Below, piece after piece: positions 49,201 to 63,714 of a DNA stretch of 64,000 nucleotides. Source of the stretch: Takakia lepidozioides (lineage: Eukaryota > Plantae > Bryophyta); contig CM060732.1 of the NCBI GenBank assembly GCA_030704615.1, positions 46,004,001-46,068,000 of the forward strand. Direction: 5' to 3'. Position numbers and translations under genes: made by a program. Under the pieces are notes generated by a model. That model ran no database searches. It worked only from the letters and a program-made list of their open reading frames with translations, and had not been told where the DNA came from. Numbering within the stretch: position 1 is the first letter of the stretch; each line of letters begins with the position of its first letter.

Positions 49201-50740
49201 TTCAAATCGAGATTGGCTTGGAGAGTCCACCACATATACAGTAGCATGAGCCCCCTCATAGTACTTCTCCTAGAATATTCGCAACCCTAATTGACCCCCA
49301 GATCCCAGAAAATGAGTTTGCACAATACATCTTCGAAGAACTAGCAAAGGTAGCAGAGGGCCTATTGCCCAACTAAAGAAACCTATTTTTCTTTATCCAT
49401 CACTTTGTATGTGTTGTCTTTACTAGTCAGATGTAGCTAACTTCTAGTACTCAACAATGTGTTTCAGTTCACCTGTGGAAGCCTAAATTAGACTGGATTT
49501 CTTTTTAATTTGTTGGCTTGAGTTGCAAATACATAAGTAGTTCCTCATTCCACATTTCTCTGTCCTCAATCTACAATGATATTATATCTCACCTGGATTG
49601 AAAAGGTGTAGAATGTGCTCACTCCACCCCAAATGACTACTGTCTTTTGTTGTATCTCTTGCAATCCAATTAGTCTAATGCTCAAAAGATGCATAGTGAT
49701 GTGTAGTCTGATAAATGTTCAAAGGTTGAGCCTAAAAGTTTGTATTTCATTTCAGGTGTTATTGCTGAGCAGGCTCCATCATAAGAACTTGGTTCGTCTG
49801 GAAGGCTTTTGTGATGACCAAGGATTGCAAGTCAGAAACAAGTTTTCTACTCCCAACTCATTTTGTTGGATTGGATTGGATGTCAAGCATCAATTCTTTG
49901 AGTTTAGCCAGAATGATTTTGGACAAAGCATCTTCTACATAGTCATAGATCATTTCTCCACACTGTGTCATAAGCCTTTTTGACATGCAGGAAAAAGACA
50001 AAAGTGGATTTTCCTTTTTTTTTCTTTCTCTTTTTTCAAGTCCACCCAATGGCGATAGGCTTTCTAGACGGCAGGGCATACAAAAAGACTGGGTGGCCTG
50101 CCAGGGTCATGGTCAAGGGTTTTACTTTTGAAGTATATGTTCAAGGTCTTTTTCCTTCCCCGAGAAATGAAAATGTGAAAGGCAGAAGATGGGGTCCTGT
50201 AGAAAAGGGTGGGATAAGGGATATGTAAAATGGGAATGTGTCTCTTCTTCATTGCTAAGGTGTTGCTATCTCTTGTTGGGGTGCAGATCCTGATTTTATG
50301 AGCACATGAAAAAATAGGAATCTCCATAACCATCTCTTTAATACGTACAACTTTTATCCTAGCTTACCAATACTATTCTGTATGTTAGCAATCATAAGTA
50401 TTACATGAAGCTGGATTATTGACTTTGTCTTGTGAGTATCAGGAAACTAGTGCGTATTTGTGTGCGGTATTTTGTCACCCACATGTGCACATAGGGAAAA
50501 TAGTGGAAAACTAACTGACAGTATACCATGCGCAGTGACCACAGTCACTCTCTTTGTGGTCCCCTCATATTTGTCAATCCACCATGTTCCGGAATGCTCT
50601 CTGACATCAGCCATGCATCCTTATCTTTGTGCTGGTAAAGTAACATTGTCATTTGCTTTCCCTGCAGGGAAAAATATGCTTGGATTGGACATTGCAGTGG
50701 GTGTCGCACAAGGTTTGGAGTATCTCCACTCCTTCGCAAT
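46206..50740 (+). pseudogene. Receptor-like kinase pseudogene
   Basis: Kinase exon remnants: FAQYIFEELAK (~49300-49350), VLLLSRLHHKNLVRLEGFCDDQGLQ (49756-49830), frameshifted ILxYEHMKNRNLHNHLF (~50287-50340), LDIAVGVAQGLEYLHSFA (~50670-50738). No downstream HRD/DFG exons. The signal-like and ectodomain remnants at 46.2-47.2 kb are tentative. Confidence 0.7.
47418..49173 (+). mobile_element. 5'-truncated L1-type LINE with 12-bp TSD
   Basis: TSD taaaatcaaggt at 47406-47417 and 49174-49185; A-rich tail; zf-RVT motif PSCKICNLNASETLEHCFVECQVARQVW, preceded by KICGFLWKLVNRVLP. Confidence 0.9.
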
Positions 50741-52027
50741 ACGCTTTTTCAACATGCTACCTATATTCAGTTTTCTTTTAGCCTTCAAGTTTGTTCATTG
50801 GGACTAACTTACTGGAACATATCACTGCACAACATATCATTGACTATATCATATCATCCAGGCTATCGCAGCTCCAGCAATTTCCATCGATTTTGTGGAC
50901 TCTTTCACAAATTGAGAGTATGCAATACCTGGGATATTTTGCTCTTGGAAAACAGGTTAGTTAGGGAAGACAAAATGGATGGTAGAGAGTCTATTGAACT
51001 ATTCAGTCAAAGAGAAAGAAAGAAAGAAAGAACGAATGGAAGGAAGCGAAGGGCAGAGAAATCGAAAGGCTCAATATCCATGCAGAATTTGTGTGACCAT
51101 GGGAGAAAGATGGATCATGGTAACAATTGCAGCAAGACATATGCAAAGGCAAAAGGCAACAGATCTGTTATTGTATGCTTATGCCAGTATTATGGTAGAG
51201 AACCTTGAAATGAGGGCTCAACATCAGGGCCATGTGAGGATGAGGTCTTTGGGGAAACACTTGAATAGCATGATGCTAGCAGAGATTAGTCGTTCCTAGA
51301 GGATATGGAGATTGATCATGACGAAGGCCATGAGGGAAATGTCCTACATGAACTTGGTCCAAAGATGATATCAGGCCTTCATGAGCTTGACCCTCCTCAT
51401 GTAAGGACTCTCCAACACGCATTGTTACATGAATGCTATTATATGAGCCTAGATGCTTGAGCTTTGAGAACTGTGAGCTTGTATTCGTGAGCACAGGTTC
51501 ACGAATGGGAAAACCCCCTATTCCCACGGACGTTTTTTTAGTGACATAAGAGGTCTAACTTACAATCATGCATCTTGAGATGATTGCAGACAATTACTAC
51601 GAATTACACACCATGTGATGTTATTTTCTATTTTGGCTTGCATGCCTCCAACTCATGTTTTATTTGCATGGAATATTTTTTTCAAGTCCAATTGCATCCA
51701 TTTGCTACATAGAATGATGTACTAAAAATGAATCCCCAAAACTTGGATTATGAACATTTAAGGAGAATGAATCACTTCGTATTCTCTTCATTTAACATGG
51801 ATTACTTGCCCAATATACGAGAAAAAACAAACCATATTGTCTCTCTAAGAATCATCCGCAGTAGAGACGTTATCCTCAATAATATCTCCAGTAGACAGAG
51901 AAGCATCTATCTCCATGAAAACCTCAGTTTGACGAAAAATCTCCATGCGATTAGAAGCACTAGCTCGAGATCCATAGAACCCAAAATCAAGAAAACCTAC
52001 ATTTGCAGTCTCTTGCTCAATTTCGGT

Positions 52028-52465
52028 GTTCATTTCAGTATAAGCAGACGGATACAGGTTTTCTTGGCGAAATGAATCTCAAACAACAGTGCCTTCAGTG
52101 TGTTCATTTTGGGTATAGGCAGGTGCATACTGATTTTCGTGGCCAAATGAATCTCAGACAACAGTGCCCTCAGTGTGTTCATTTTGGGTATAAGCAGACG
52201 GATACATGTTTTTATAGCCAAATGAATCTCAGACAATAGTACCCTCAACGTGTTCATTTTGGGTATAAGCAGGTGCATACAAGTTTTCATAGCAAAATGA
52301 ATCTGAAACAACAGTGCTCTCAGTATGTTCATTGTGGGTATAAGTAGACGCATACAAGTTTTCATGACAAAAAAAATCTCAGACAACAGTTTCCTCAGTG
52401 AGTGCATTCTGGGTATAAGCGGGCGCATACATGTTTCCATGGCGAAATAAAGCTCAGACAACAGT
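52028..52465. repeat. Minisatellite, ~5.5 copies of a 78-bp unit
   Basis: Unit gttcattttgggtataagcag.cg.atacaxgttttcxtxgcxaaatgaatctcagacaacagtgccctcagtgt; degenerate copies extend to about 52630. Confidence 0.9.
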
Positions 52466-54699
52466 GTGTGTGTTTTATTTATTTATTTTTTTAAATTCAT
52501 GTACAAAACGGTGCCCTCATATTTTATGCGCGTTTTTTTTTTTTTGGTTTTTTTGTTTTTGTTTTCCCAAAACTTTTGCAGAACAATGCCCTCATATTTG
52601 GTATGCGGAGGCGCATACCCGTTTTCATAAAATAAAATAAAATTCCATAATTTCTTTTGGGCCAAATCGGAAATCCGAATTTTACTTAAAGAAAATTTCC
52701 ATAATTATTTTTCATAACAATGAGTGAATGACATAATAATAAACATATGATTTATTCGTCCGTTAGTTTCAGGCAATTGCCGGCAGAGAAGATCATCTCT
52801 TGGAGCTTTCCATTCTTTTGTGGAGCTGGGTGAGCGCAAGAGGCTACTGCAAGCAACGTCTCATAAGTACATTCTTTTTTTCTATCTCCCCTCCCTCCCA
52901 ACATGTTATGCTGCTGTACATTAGTCAATAACTCATGTAGTAATCCGCCCTGAGGATACAACAAGGTTGACATTTCGACGACAGTGGGAGTTGCTCTGAT
53001 CAGGGCAGCTGGGTTTTCTCACTCTCTCCTCCCTGCACCATGCTTGCATGTGCATATCATTCATGTAATGGGTGGAATGTGTTAACTGCCGAATTGCATT
53101 TCCACATGCATCCACAATTTAGGCTGTTCTTACTGATTGTGTTGGGGTCAGGTGGTGTAATGTGTAATCTAGTGCATGATTTGGAGGAGAAGCAGAAATA
53201 GTTCCTGTTCAATGTGCAAATTTCCAAGGCAGCGACGCATGCTCTCCACCACCTCAACATCAAGATAGAAATCTAGTACCAACTAAGAATCCTTTCCACT
53301 TCCACTTGAGGAGCTGTGGCTGTAAACAAAAGCAGTGTAAAATTGGCGTTGATGGAAATCAAGAGCACCGAGTCACTCCAAAGAAGATTTTCAAATCTCC
53401 TCGAATAAGTCATAAATCTTTTGACTTGACCTTGTACAGTCTTCTTTGAAGGAAAACTGTCATCCATGTAACTTCATGGTCCCTCCAAAACATCCCCTGC
53501 CTGTGCAGTAAGATCCATGGCTTCACTACTTCTGTTGGATAGTCATCCTTAGACGTGATCATATCAGTGGAGCTTACATAAACTGTAGTGTTGACTTCTG
53601 CTTTCAATGACATAAATTGCTTCCATCAATTCTTTGCTTGCAAAATCAATGGCACATCGACACCTTCTCGCCCATCACATTGGAAAAGACTCACTTTCCT
53701 TTGCATGTGTTGCTTGGGTCACTAGCACTCCCAATGAGGATCCTTGAAGTGCTTTCCGCATCCAGCTGATCCCCACCAATGTTCGAGATGAGTTTGGTGG
53801 TGAAGTGACACAGTCACCACCAACACAAAGTTGCTTGACATGGAACCCGTTGTTTCTTGGGGTCATGGCCTCTGACACCAGACAAGACATGCGAGGGGAT
53901 ACATACCATAGGTTCATAGCAAATTAGGCACCCCAGTGCCTAATAATTATTAAAATATAATTAGGCAGATTCGTTTTTATTATTTAGGCACCTCACCCGG
54001 CCTAGGTATTTTCGAAACATTAGGCATGGGGCTCACGTTATTCGTTGTGGGCATTGGATACAAACTTGATACATTTGATTTGAACCTCAAATCTTAGATA
54101 TGGGCCGAGTCAGCAAGTTCAACCACAGGGAAGGTAAAGGGGTTACCTCATGGAAAAATAGTAAAAGCTTATCCCCTACTTTATCACCTTATTATACTGA
54201 TCGGATAAAATAGAAAAAAGGTAAAAAAAAAATGTATCATTACCTAAATGAGAGCTGGTAAACTTCATGTAAAACACCTCCAATTTACTATGTTGGAAAA
54301 TCTATAATGAATGTGGAAAATCTGTTGTGAGGAGAATATGTCGAGAATGCCAAGTGAATACCATGTGGGAAAATTTATTATAAATGCCATGAGAGAAAAT
54401 CTATTATCAATGTCATGTAGGAAATTCTATTATTAAATTATATTAACGGCACCCGTAGTATCTCTGGCAACTGCACATATAGCAGATCAGTATTACTCTC
54501 CATAAGGATCAATAAAAGCATAAGGCTAACACATTGCTTTCCAATAGATGAAAATGTTTTTCATTAAAGTGCAAACCTGCATGTATATACCCACAGAAGG
54601 AAGACCTGTGTGTTGGCAAGCAAGGGCAGTCATCGGGCGGACAGGCTGCTATCCATAGCCACCCTACTTAGAAAATATACAATTGCTCCTTAGATTGTT

Positions 54700-57600
54700 C
54701 CCTCCAAGCTGAACCTATCTTGAGGTTAAAGATCTTCCAATTCATAGGCAATACTGTGGGGCACGCACAATCTTCATAAATGTGCAAGCATTTCCATAGG
54801 ACGAATGCACGTGTGGTTGTATGGAAACATCCGATTGTTTAGCACAACATGCATGCCAGTTAATTTGTCAACAAGGTCCATTGTGGTCGCAGCTAGACCA
54901 ACTATATCTTAAAGATGTAGGTAGTAGTCTGCGGGAAAAAAAAAAAAAAAAACTCGAATTCCCCATCAAATTCATGATAAAAGAATCTCTTGATATTAGC
55001 CTTATATGGCGTACCAACATCAGGGTCTCATTGAACAACAAAGTCACATCCGAGCTTGTAAAGTTCACCTTCATTCCAATCACCAATGACTCCTTTATCT
55101 CTCAAATATTCAGTTGTGTACCTTTCAAATTCCATGGGCATGGTTTCATTCTTGGTATCCTGCCTTCTCACCATAATTCGCTTGGAAGCTAACAACATCG
55201 TGCAAGCATTAGTCGAGACGATCTTCTGGGGACAGTCCCAAACTTCTTTGGCTTTTTCAATACTGGGAACTTGAATGACACACACTTCGAGTGCCATGGG
55301 AGACATGAAGTGTCATCCTCTGCATGTTGTCTCACACCCTCAGGAAAAATCAAATACTTGTGCACAATTAGCATACACCTCTATTCCTTCGGCAAACCAT
55401 CTTCATCAACTTGGAGTTGTCTCATGACCTTGATAAAAGTTTGCCCCGCATAATACTGAATATAAGATACTTCCATCTATTTGTAATTGATCGAAACCTT
55501 GTGAAATCTTAACGATAGGCGTTCGTAGGGAAAATGCCAATACACCTCATGAGGTCCAAACCGTAGTACGTCTTCAAGCACATAGGCAGCACCTAGAACA
55601 CACAAACCAAGTCTATTGGCTTATCCATACATATGAGTTGTCACTCCACAATCTGAATAACTGTGGGACTTGTTGATGTTGGTTCACACAAGAAGAAGAA
55701 AAAAAAGGCAATACACATATGAAGATCAAAGCAACTGAAGACTTCACACACCTGAAACATGCTCTAAGGGGGCCCCATTTGGCCCATCCAACTCATCTGA
55801 CGGAACACGCCAATATCCAAGCAATGTCTTTACAACTTGAATGTCTTCTGTGGTCAATCCGTAGCCCTAGAATATTTGAATAGATAGTGGCAAATGTCCA
55901 CCAAAATGAGCCCCAACTATTGTCTTGCCTCATAAATCCAACTGCCAACCATATTCAAAACATGAGGCAGAACCCATTATACAAATAACTGGCTTTCTAC
56001 TACCATAAAAGATGTATGATTCTCCACAGGGTTGTGTGGCCACCGACCTTGCCGTAATTCATATGGTCGTTCAACTGATACCATGGAACACAAAGATCTC
56101 ATTTCCTCAAAATCAACCCCAGTACCTCTGAGGTCATGCAGTGTAGTTTTTGAAAAGGTTGAGACTTTGTGATGTGCATGACATTGAAGACTAAATCCAA
56201 AGAAATATCAAAATCATAAAGATGATATAAACGCCAAAGGACATGGGTAGTGGTAGGATAGGGTATCTCACTTTTGGCAGATGGTGACGTCCATGAAAGT
56301 CCATTTTTTTTAAAGCATATTTTTTCAGTTTGATTCTTATAAAGATAGACAATAGTATATTTAAAATATTTAGTAAAGGGACTAACCCCAAATATTATAG
56401 ATATTATTTATTATAAATCTTAATCTTTAATTGGAAAAAACTTTTAGGACTCAAATCTTAGAGCGTATGACCATTTGTCCATATACTACCTGGCCATCCT
56501 GATTATGTGTTTGTATATTTATTAATAAGAGATGATATCCCAAAAACCCAAAAGACAATATGCTATGGACTAATGAAAAACACAGATATATATATATATA
56601 TAGCTTGATAAAACTTTGATAGATTTCCAACTACTTTCACCTATTGAAACATTACACAATTTCTATACATGGCTTTGTGTCCATCACAATTGGTTACATT
56701 GAGATATATTTCTTAGAGTTCATAGCACAAAAAACTGAGCCGATGACAAAACAGTGTTTTGAGATTCAAAAGTCCATAACATTCTTATAGTTCATACAAT
56801 TTACGAAAAAATTATTACATTATATAGGTCTCGTACGTGGTATACAAGAACCAAAGTCTTTTATAATAAAGATGAACTATTGTGAACAAAGAAAAAGATA
56901 ACATAAAGCCAATCACTGAAAAACTGTCTGATGACGTCCAGACTAAGACCCCCTAGCCTGCAACTGCTCACAAATTCCCGTGATATACCACCTTCTTGTA
57001 GTAGAACTTCTTTATCTTGCGCACTCGATGCTTGCTTCCATCTCCTTATACTGGCATACAATTCATCACTCGAACGCCTCAATAGAGGCGCGATCAACTG
57101 TTGGCGGTTGTTACTATACACATAGTGCCCACTCACATAGGCTGAATGGTAAACACACCTTCGACACGGTGATTTGCCAAAGGACTTGAGCATTCCAATC
57201 TTTGTTTGGGCAGGATGATCCCCCGTAAACAGCATCAACATCACCCTCAAAGTGACAAGACCTCTTGGGGTGGCAAGATGCCTACTAATCAACTGAGAGG
57301 CATATGAATAGTTAGTATTAAAGCCCTCTTTGAATAATGATTCTAACTCTTCAACAAATGGATGAAGAAATAATGTCGTAGCTTCTTTCACTCTTGCAAG
57401 AAGGACATCTTGTACCTGTGCAATGGAATGAACAACAGAGGGATGATGCCTAGAGTATCATTTTTTCCAGTATTCAATATTCGGACCTCAGCAAGTTACC
57501 CAACAACTCCGGGTGCGGCGGTTGGAATCCATTCCAATGAGCATCAGACCAATGTTTATGGGGTCATCCTAGTAAACACACTTCAGACAATCAAAATTAG

Positions 57601-58470
57601 AACCATAAGCATGTCAACCTTTCCATGCCTAATTAACATAAAACCTGTCTAAGCCTAGCATTTTTTGTTGGTAAGTATCTGGCACATGGTTTTGGCTGCA
57701 ACAATCGGATACCGACATCTCCGGCATCGAAAAGCATAAACGCTCCGAGTATTATCCCAACCATTGAGTAGTTCATCACACTTCCTTGGGAAAGCTTTAT
57801 GGTTCATTTTGCAATTGGCTCGGGGACACACTATTGGAAGCTACCATTGCTTTTCAGGATCCCAAAATTCTTGAGTGAGCCCTAATTTTTCACCATCCCA
57901 AAAATCCTTGATAGAATATGGAGCATCCTCAAAACCTTTCCCTTTCCATCTCTTGCGGTTCCTCCACATGGTCAAAATCTCATGGCAAAAAGTTTTGGAC
58001 CTCAAGATCATTGACAATTGAGGCCCAATTGACATATAATCAAAAGAAACCATTTCCTTTCTGGGCATACTGCATTGTGGGCACCTTTCAACACATCGTT
58101 GGCAGTCCCTCTTGTTCATACCACATTCACATTGAGTAATTCTACCTGCCATATAAGAATCCTCATTGCTTGGATGGAATACAATGCCTTCGAGTGCATA
58201 TTCAAGTGTCCCAACACATAATCACCACCTCTGGGATGTGACCATTCCTAATCGACAATACACATCCTTCAATTGCCATCAAGATACCCATCCCATCCTC
58301 CAGACAATTGTGACATTAACTGAGAGGCTGCTTCTCAATGCCCTCTTTAACTCCACCTTGTTGCACATGAAACCCACCAAAAGGATGTTCCAACACGAAC
58401 TCTTGCAATCCAATAGATACATCGTGACTGTCACAAAATGTTTGCACATAGATCAATTGGCCTAACAATG
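54700..58470 (-). mobile_element. Decayed CACTA/EnSpm-type transposase region
   Basis: CECG...CQRCVERCPQCSMPR...FDYMSIGPQL...IKDFWDGEK (57841-58152); LFLHPFVEELESLFKEG...LMLFTGDHPAQTKIGMLKSFGKSPCRRC (56861-57391); RFGPHEVYWHFPYER-like (~55515-55565). Many stops; termini not found. Confidence 0.8.
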
Positions 58471-59551
58471 CGCAGGGACGCTAAACCGTGAGCGGTGAGC
58501 ATTGAGCTTAAAATCGTGAGCCCATAATATAAATTTATATGATTATGAGCTGCACTAATCGCTCATATTCTGCATGAAATTTTGGCAGAAAATTGAAATC
58601 TTTGCGAGAAAGTGCTGATGGTGTCTTTGTAAACAATGACAAAAAATGTACTTCAAACTATAATACCAAAAGACTGGAATAGATGTATAAATGGAACATC
58701 GAGATCAATGATGCATTTGGTTGACACTCATGTAAAGACAACAAATTAGTCATAAAAAATAATGAATCAAAATATCATAAGAGTATAAGCCAAATAAAGA
58801 AATTGAAGAGGAAGTGGAAACACATGTTGAATTACGACCCAAATCAACCACCAGGTATGAAAAAATTAAAGAGCCGAAAAACACATCCATGAGATAGAAT
58901 ACAAAGTTTTGTATTGTAGACTCGTCCCTCATCCTCCGGATGTGTTGTATACCTTATGGTATCAATGGGTTTATTTTTTCCCTCTAATTAACTAAATGGC
59001 TGCATACCCTTGGTTAAAATATATATACACACACATATATAGATATACAGCAAAGTAGAATAAAATCAAAATCAAAGTCAGAAAATGATCATTTGAAGTA
59101 CCACAAACAAAACAAATTCAATGAATGTAATCATTGAAATGAGGATAAGAGAACCCAATGATGTAACGATATTGCTGATGTTTTTCCAGTTGGTGATCTA
59201 TTGAATTCTTCAGTGACAAAGCCCACGCACTAGTTGCAATGACCCTCTGCGATCTATGATATATATACCAATATACGAAAAATATATATTCATATTCAAA
59301 ACTGGTATGTAGGATAGTTAGATTTAGCTGCAGGGGAGGGGGACTGCTACAACGAAAGGGGACTGTTAGCTAAATCTAGCTAGGATGAATGTAGCACAAT
59401 CGCTAACAGTCTGGTGCGCACTTGCCGGTTAGCAGGCAGCTATCGTGCTGGTTAAGCTAGCAGGTCTGGCAGCAAACGGGGCGGCGGCCGCACCTGGCTG
59501 CTAACAAACCGCCGCGCGGTAGTTTGTTAAAATGGGCGCGGCTATGGACTA

Positions 59552-59880
59552 GGTAACCGGCGAGAGGCCACGGGTTATCGCATGTAAGCTGAGGCGCGGT
59601 AGCGCCGAAGCTGCAGGCGGTAACCCGTTGGCCTCGAGCCGGTTACCGGACATAACCGGTTTTTCGAAACATCGAGAGTGACAGTTCATCCATGTACAGC
59701 CCGGTTATCGATTCTCGATGTGACAGTCATCCATGCGCAGCCCGGTTATCGAATTTTTACATCCATGCAGAGCCAAGGTTATCAAATCTTGTGAGGATTG
59801 CAGGTTACCGCCTGTAACCAGCGTCCAGTGAGCCAGTCGTTTGAAGACACGTACTCGAGATGCTTCGAAAAACCGGTTAT
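59552..59880. repeat. GC-rich adjacent inverted repeats/hairpins
   Basis: 59552-59590 pairs with 59609-59647; 59652-59680 pairs with 59852-59880. Confidence 0.8.
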
Positions 59881-62522
59881 GGTGGACAGAGCTCGTAAAG
59901 GGAGGGCTGCTTGACTCCACGACTGTGGAACTGGAAGAGGGAGCTGCTTGAATCGACGACTGTGGAAGAAAAAAGGGGGAGCTCGTCAACGTGGGAGTTC
60001 CTCGACTATAAAATCAGCAGGAAACAGTGAGCTCATCAACTAGGGAGCTTGTAAAAGTATGTCCAACCCCACCTGCTGCATTCACTGCATCCACTAAAGG
60101 GTTCTCTGTCCTACTCCCCAGCATTTCTCTGTACTATGTTTTTTAAAATCTTCAAGTGCTGGCAGACCCTTTGATGGTGATATTGGTGAGCAGAGCGAGA
60201 GGTATAACAGGGCGTTCTGTGAGAACGATGAAATATCTATTGACGATCCCAGCATGACTGGTAGTAATGTAGCAGCGACCATTGTTTTCATGAAGAATTA
60301 TCTGGGTGTTATCTTGAACCCTCACTTGGCATGGAAGGAACACTAGACAAAAGCTGCAGGAGGAAACGAAATGGTATTCAGTAATCTCAAATCATGGCAG
60401 TTCCAGAGTTAGCCTGAGTCACAGGGCAGATACTTTTTGTAGCGACCGTGGTCCAATAAGGACAGTGCCCACTAAGGGCCAGCAATCCAAGGGACAGACT
60501 GTAGCCATTGGGGGCATGCATTTTTCCTTGGGAGGGCAGCCTTGTATGGCTCAAATTGTTGCCACAAGGGGGCAAGGACAATGCCCAATAAGGGCCAGCA
60601 ATCCAGGGGACAGATTGTAAATGATTACAAATGTTCCGTCATGTAATGTGTCGGTTCAAAGATAGACTTGCATGAGAAGCACTTGCCAAAGTGTGGGCAC
60701 ACTTTGAAAGTGTGATAATCAATTGCCCTTCTTCTCTATAGGCATGAAGTTGCTGCAAGTCGCTTGACTTGTGTGAAGAATTGGTTGCACCTGCAGCCCT
60801 AAGCCTGGAGCACATGCACTAAAATCCAAGCAAGCAGGACACAGCTCACTGTTGAAGTAGGTGTTTCCTATACAGAAGGGGGTCCTTTGATCTGTATGCT
60901 GTCATGGTACACACATACTCACCTGTGGTCCTCCTATATCCCACCAAGAGTTCTAAACAACTGCCTTGTGTCTGCAGTTCATTTTGTCAGCAAGTGGAGC
61001 AGTGGTGGACCAGTTCATCATGCTAAAATCCTGAGAAAATGATCCCAGTCTCTGCAAGTCTGTCATCCTGATTGACCATCTGTTACAACCACCTTTCTTG
61101 ATATTCCCAAGAACTGCAGTTTGATACAAGGTTGGATGAACTCAATTCTCTAGTCAACCATCCTATAGGCCGCTCCTCGTCCTATTGTGTATTTATGAGA
61201 GAGAGACTGCATATGTTTACCGAGTTATTGCACATCCAAGTGAGTGTCCCAATTACACAGATCAATTAATATGGGGAAGGCAGGATTGGCACTGAACATA
61301 TGAAAAAAGGGAAAGAGTTTATATAATTTCATTGCCTAGTGAAATCATCAGAAATTTGGAAAGGTTAAAGTCTATATCATGCGGATCTTGAAGTACAGTG
61401 GCACTCACATTTCAGCACCTAGTTCCCATCCCCTAGCTACCTTGACAAAAAGAGGGTGAAGAAAAGAGGAATAGCAACAGCAAAGAATCTTGGTCACTCG
61501 AGGAAAACAGAGCCCTGTCAGTGCCGATCAATCTTTGATCAAATATCTTGAGGTCTCTGCACTTGATGGTTGTGACAAATAAAAACATGGCATGGACTAT
61601 TCAATTGGCATCACTAGTGCAGTTAACTGCTATAAGCACCATGATTCCACACTGCCAGTGCTACTCTAGAAGACAACAAGCAATTCTCCGTAAGTGTAAT
61701 TCCAGACTCTTCCTTTAACCATTCCACATTCACTGCCAAAACGCAACATGCCAAAGCCTCCTCACACAGTCATTTCTTTGTTGTGCCCGAGGTGGCCAGG
61801 GTTTAAGGTTTAGCACCAACATTTGACTTCGATGACATTTCAGGGCAGTGCTCTGATAATGTACCCCATTCCACAGTTTCAAAGCAAGCTCTGAAGAAAT
61901 GTCTCTAGGTCTGCCAACATTCAGTTACTCATCCCCGGCATAAACTTGCTGCCCACAATATGGCTCATCAGAGCTAATCACCTTGCCACTCTCAGGACTT
62001 CAATACTAGTTTTACAAGCGGATTCATGTCTTGACTACTCCCATATGCATTGGCAGCTCTGAATATGGTGAGGGAGTGGTAGGCTGTTGGCCAAACCTGG
62101 TCTCATCAGTGAGATGCATGGCTATCATGGGCTTTCAATTGCTGGATGGATCTGTATAGCATCCTAGTCAGGTCCAACCATCTTCAATTCATGCAGGTCA
62201 ATACTCAGCTGTACTCAAACCCAAATATTTATCAGCCTTCTAAGAAATTAAGCAGGAGCTGCTGGCTCCAGATGCAATCGTAAATGGAGCCATTCACTAA
62301 CTGCTCCGCTAGACGCTGGTTCTTGGTGCGGCCGTCGCCGTGCCGCTAACGCCAATTAGCTAAACCTAATTGGCTTCCTAACTGGCAGGTGATTGTGGAG
62401 GAGGGGGGAAAGTGGAGTACCGTTGGTAGAAGCCATGAAGAAATATCCAGCGTAGGTCTCGCTCTCATCTTGTTTTTGTTGGCATAAGCGATCAGCCAAG
62501 GAGAGCTCCTGCACGATCAGCC

Positions 62523-63614
62523 ATGGCCATGGATGACGAGAAGGAGGCGATGGTGGACACAGATCAGGACGAATCTTCGGAATCTGATGGTGAAGAAGAC
62601 GAAGAGGAGAGAGCTCAATTACAGGAATTGGAGGCAGCAGTGGTTGCCAATCCTTCCAGCTACGAGGAACACGTTCAGGTTCTTCTTTCGTTTCCCTTCT
62701 TGATGTTATCTGGAGAATTAGTGTCAGTGCATTCGCAGAGGACATGATTTTGATAGGTATGTCTCTGTCTGTGTCTCCCACTGTGCAGTACATCTCTGCA
62801 CTGAGGAATGCTGGGCTGTTGGAGAAGCTCCGAGTGGCAAGGGAGGCTATGAATGCAGTGTTTCCTCTAAACCCCGGCATGTGGATCGAATGGTGTCAAG
62901 ATGAAGCTCGCCTTGCCTCTGGGTACACTCTCGCAGATGTTGACCTTTGTTGTCCACTATTGCCTGGTGGCAGATTTTTTTTGTGCATTTGATTATAGCA
63001 ATTGCGTCTCTCTTCCTCCACACACACACACACTCTCTCTCTCTCTCTCTCTCTCCTCTCCCTCCTCACACACCCACAGCCCACACACTCAGACCTGTAC
63101 TTGCAGTGCGGAGGACGTCCTAGCAGTGGAAGCGTTGTATGAGCGAGGAGTTCAAGAATACTTGGTACATTTCTGCAGACATTCTCCTCTGTACGTTGTC
63201 ACCTTGAATAGATGCCTGACAGATTGCTCAGCCATAGGAAATAATTGTCACTCACAGAAACTCAAAAGTTCATGATGGTGAATGGAGAGTAATTGAAAGA
63301 CGATGTTAAGTTCTTCAGTGGATAAATTGGCATCCACCAAATGATAAATGTGGCAGATTGTGTGTTTCTCCTGACAATTGTATTTCTGTATGGTGTAGTC
63401 TGTGCCTCTGTGGTGCGACTATCTTGAGTTTGTTGAAGAGAACGACACAGCAGTTGCCCAATGTACAGTAGAGGGAATCGCCAAAATGCGGAGTCTGTTT
63501 GAGCGCGCACTGACTGCTGCCGGTCTGCACTATGCTGAGGGTGGCAAAGTGTGGGAGGCCTATCGGGAGTTTGAGCAGGCCCTGTTGATCAGTGTGGTGG
63601 GGAAAGATTCTGAG
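62523..63614 (+). CDS. SART3: SART3/Prp24-like U4/U6 recycling factor (HAT repeats); first 4 exons, gene runs out of the window
   Basis: Exons 62523(or 62529)-62678, 62789-62922, 63107-63164 and 63399-63614: acidic N-terminus, NPSSYEEHVQYISALR..G.LEKLR.AREAM..VFPL.P.MW.EW..DE, LYERGVQEYLSVPLWCDYLEF, RSLFERALTAAGLH..EG.KVWEAYREFE. Confidence 0.9.
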
Positions 63615-63714
63615 GTATGAAAGTGCACCCCAGACTGGGAAGAGGCCTTAATCACCCTGATGACGTCCACCTCTCTTCCGATGTACCCAGTAACCTTGCT
63701 CTGCTGTCTATTCA

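Noticed and set aside
60000-62250. Gene or retroelement in this interval
   Set aside because: Only a short local duplication (60452-60620) and vague LINE-like traces; nothing assignable.
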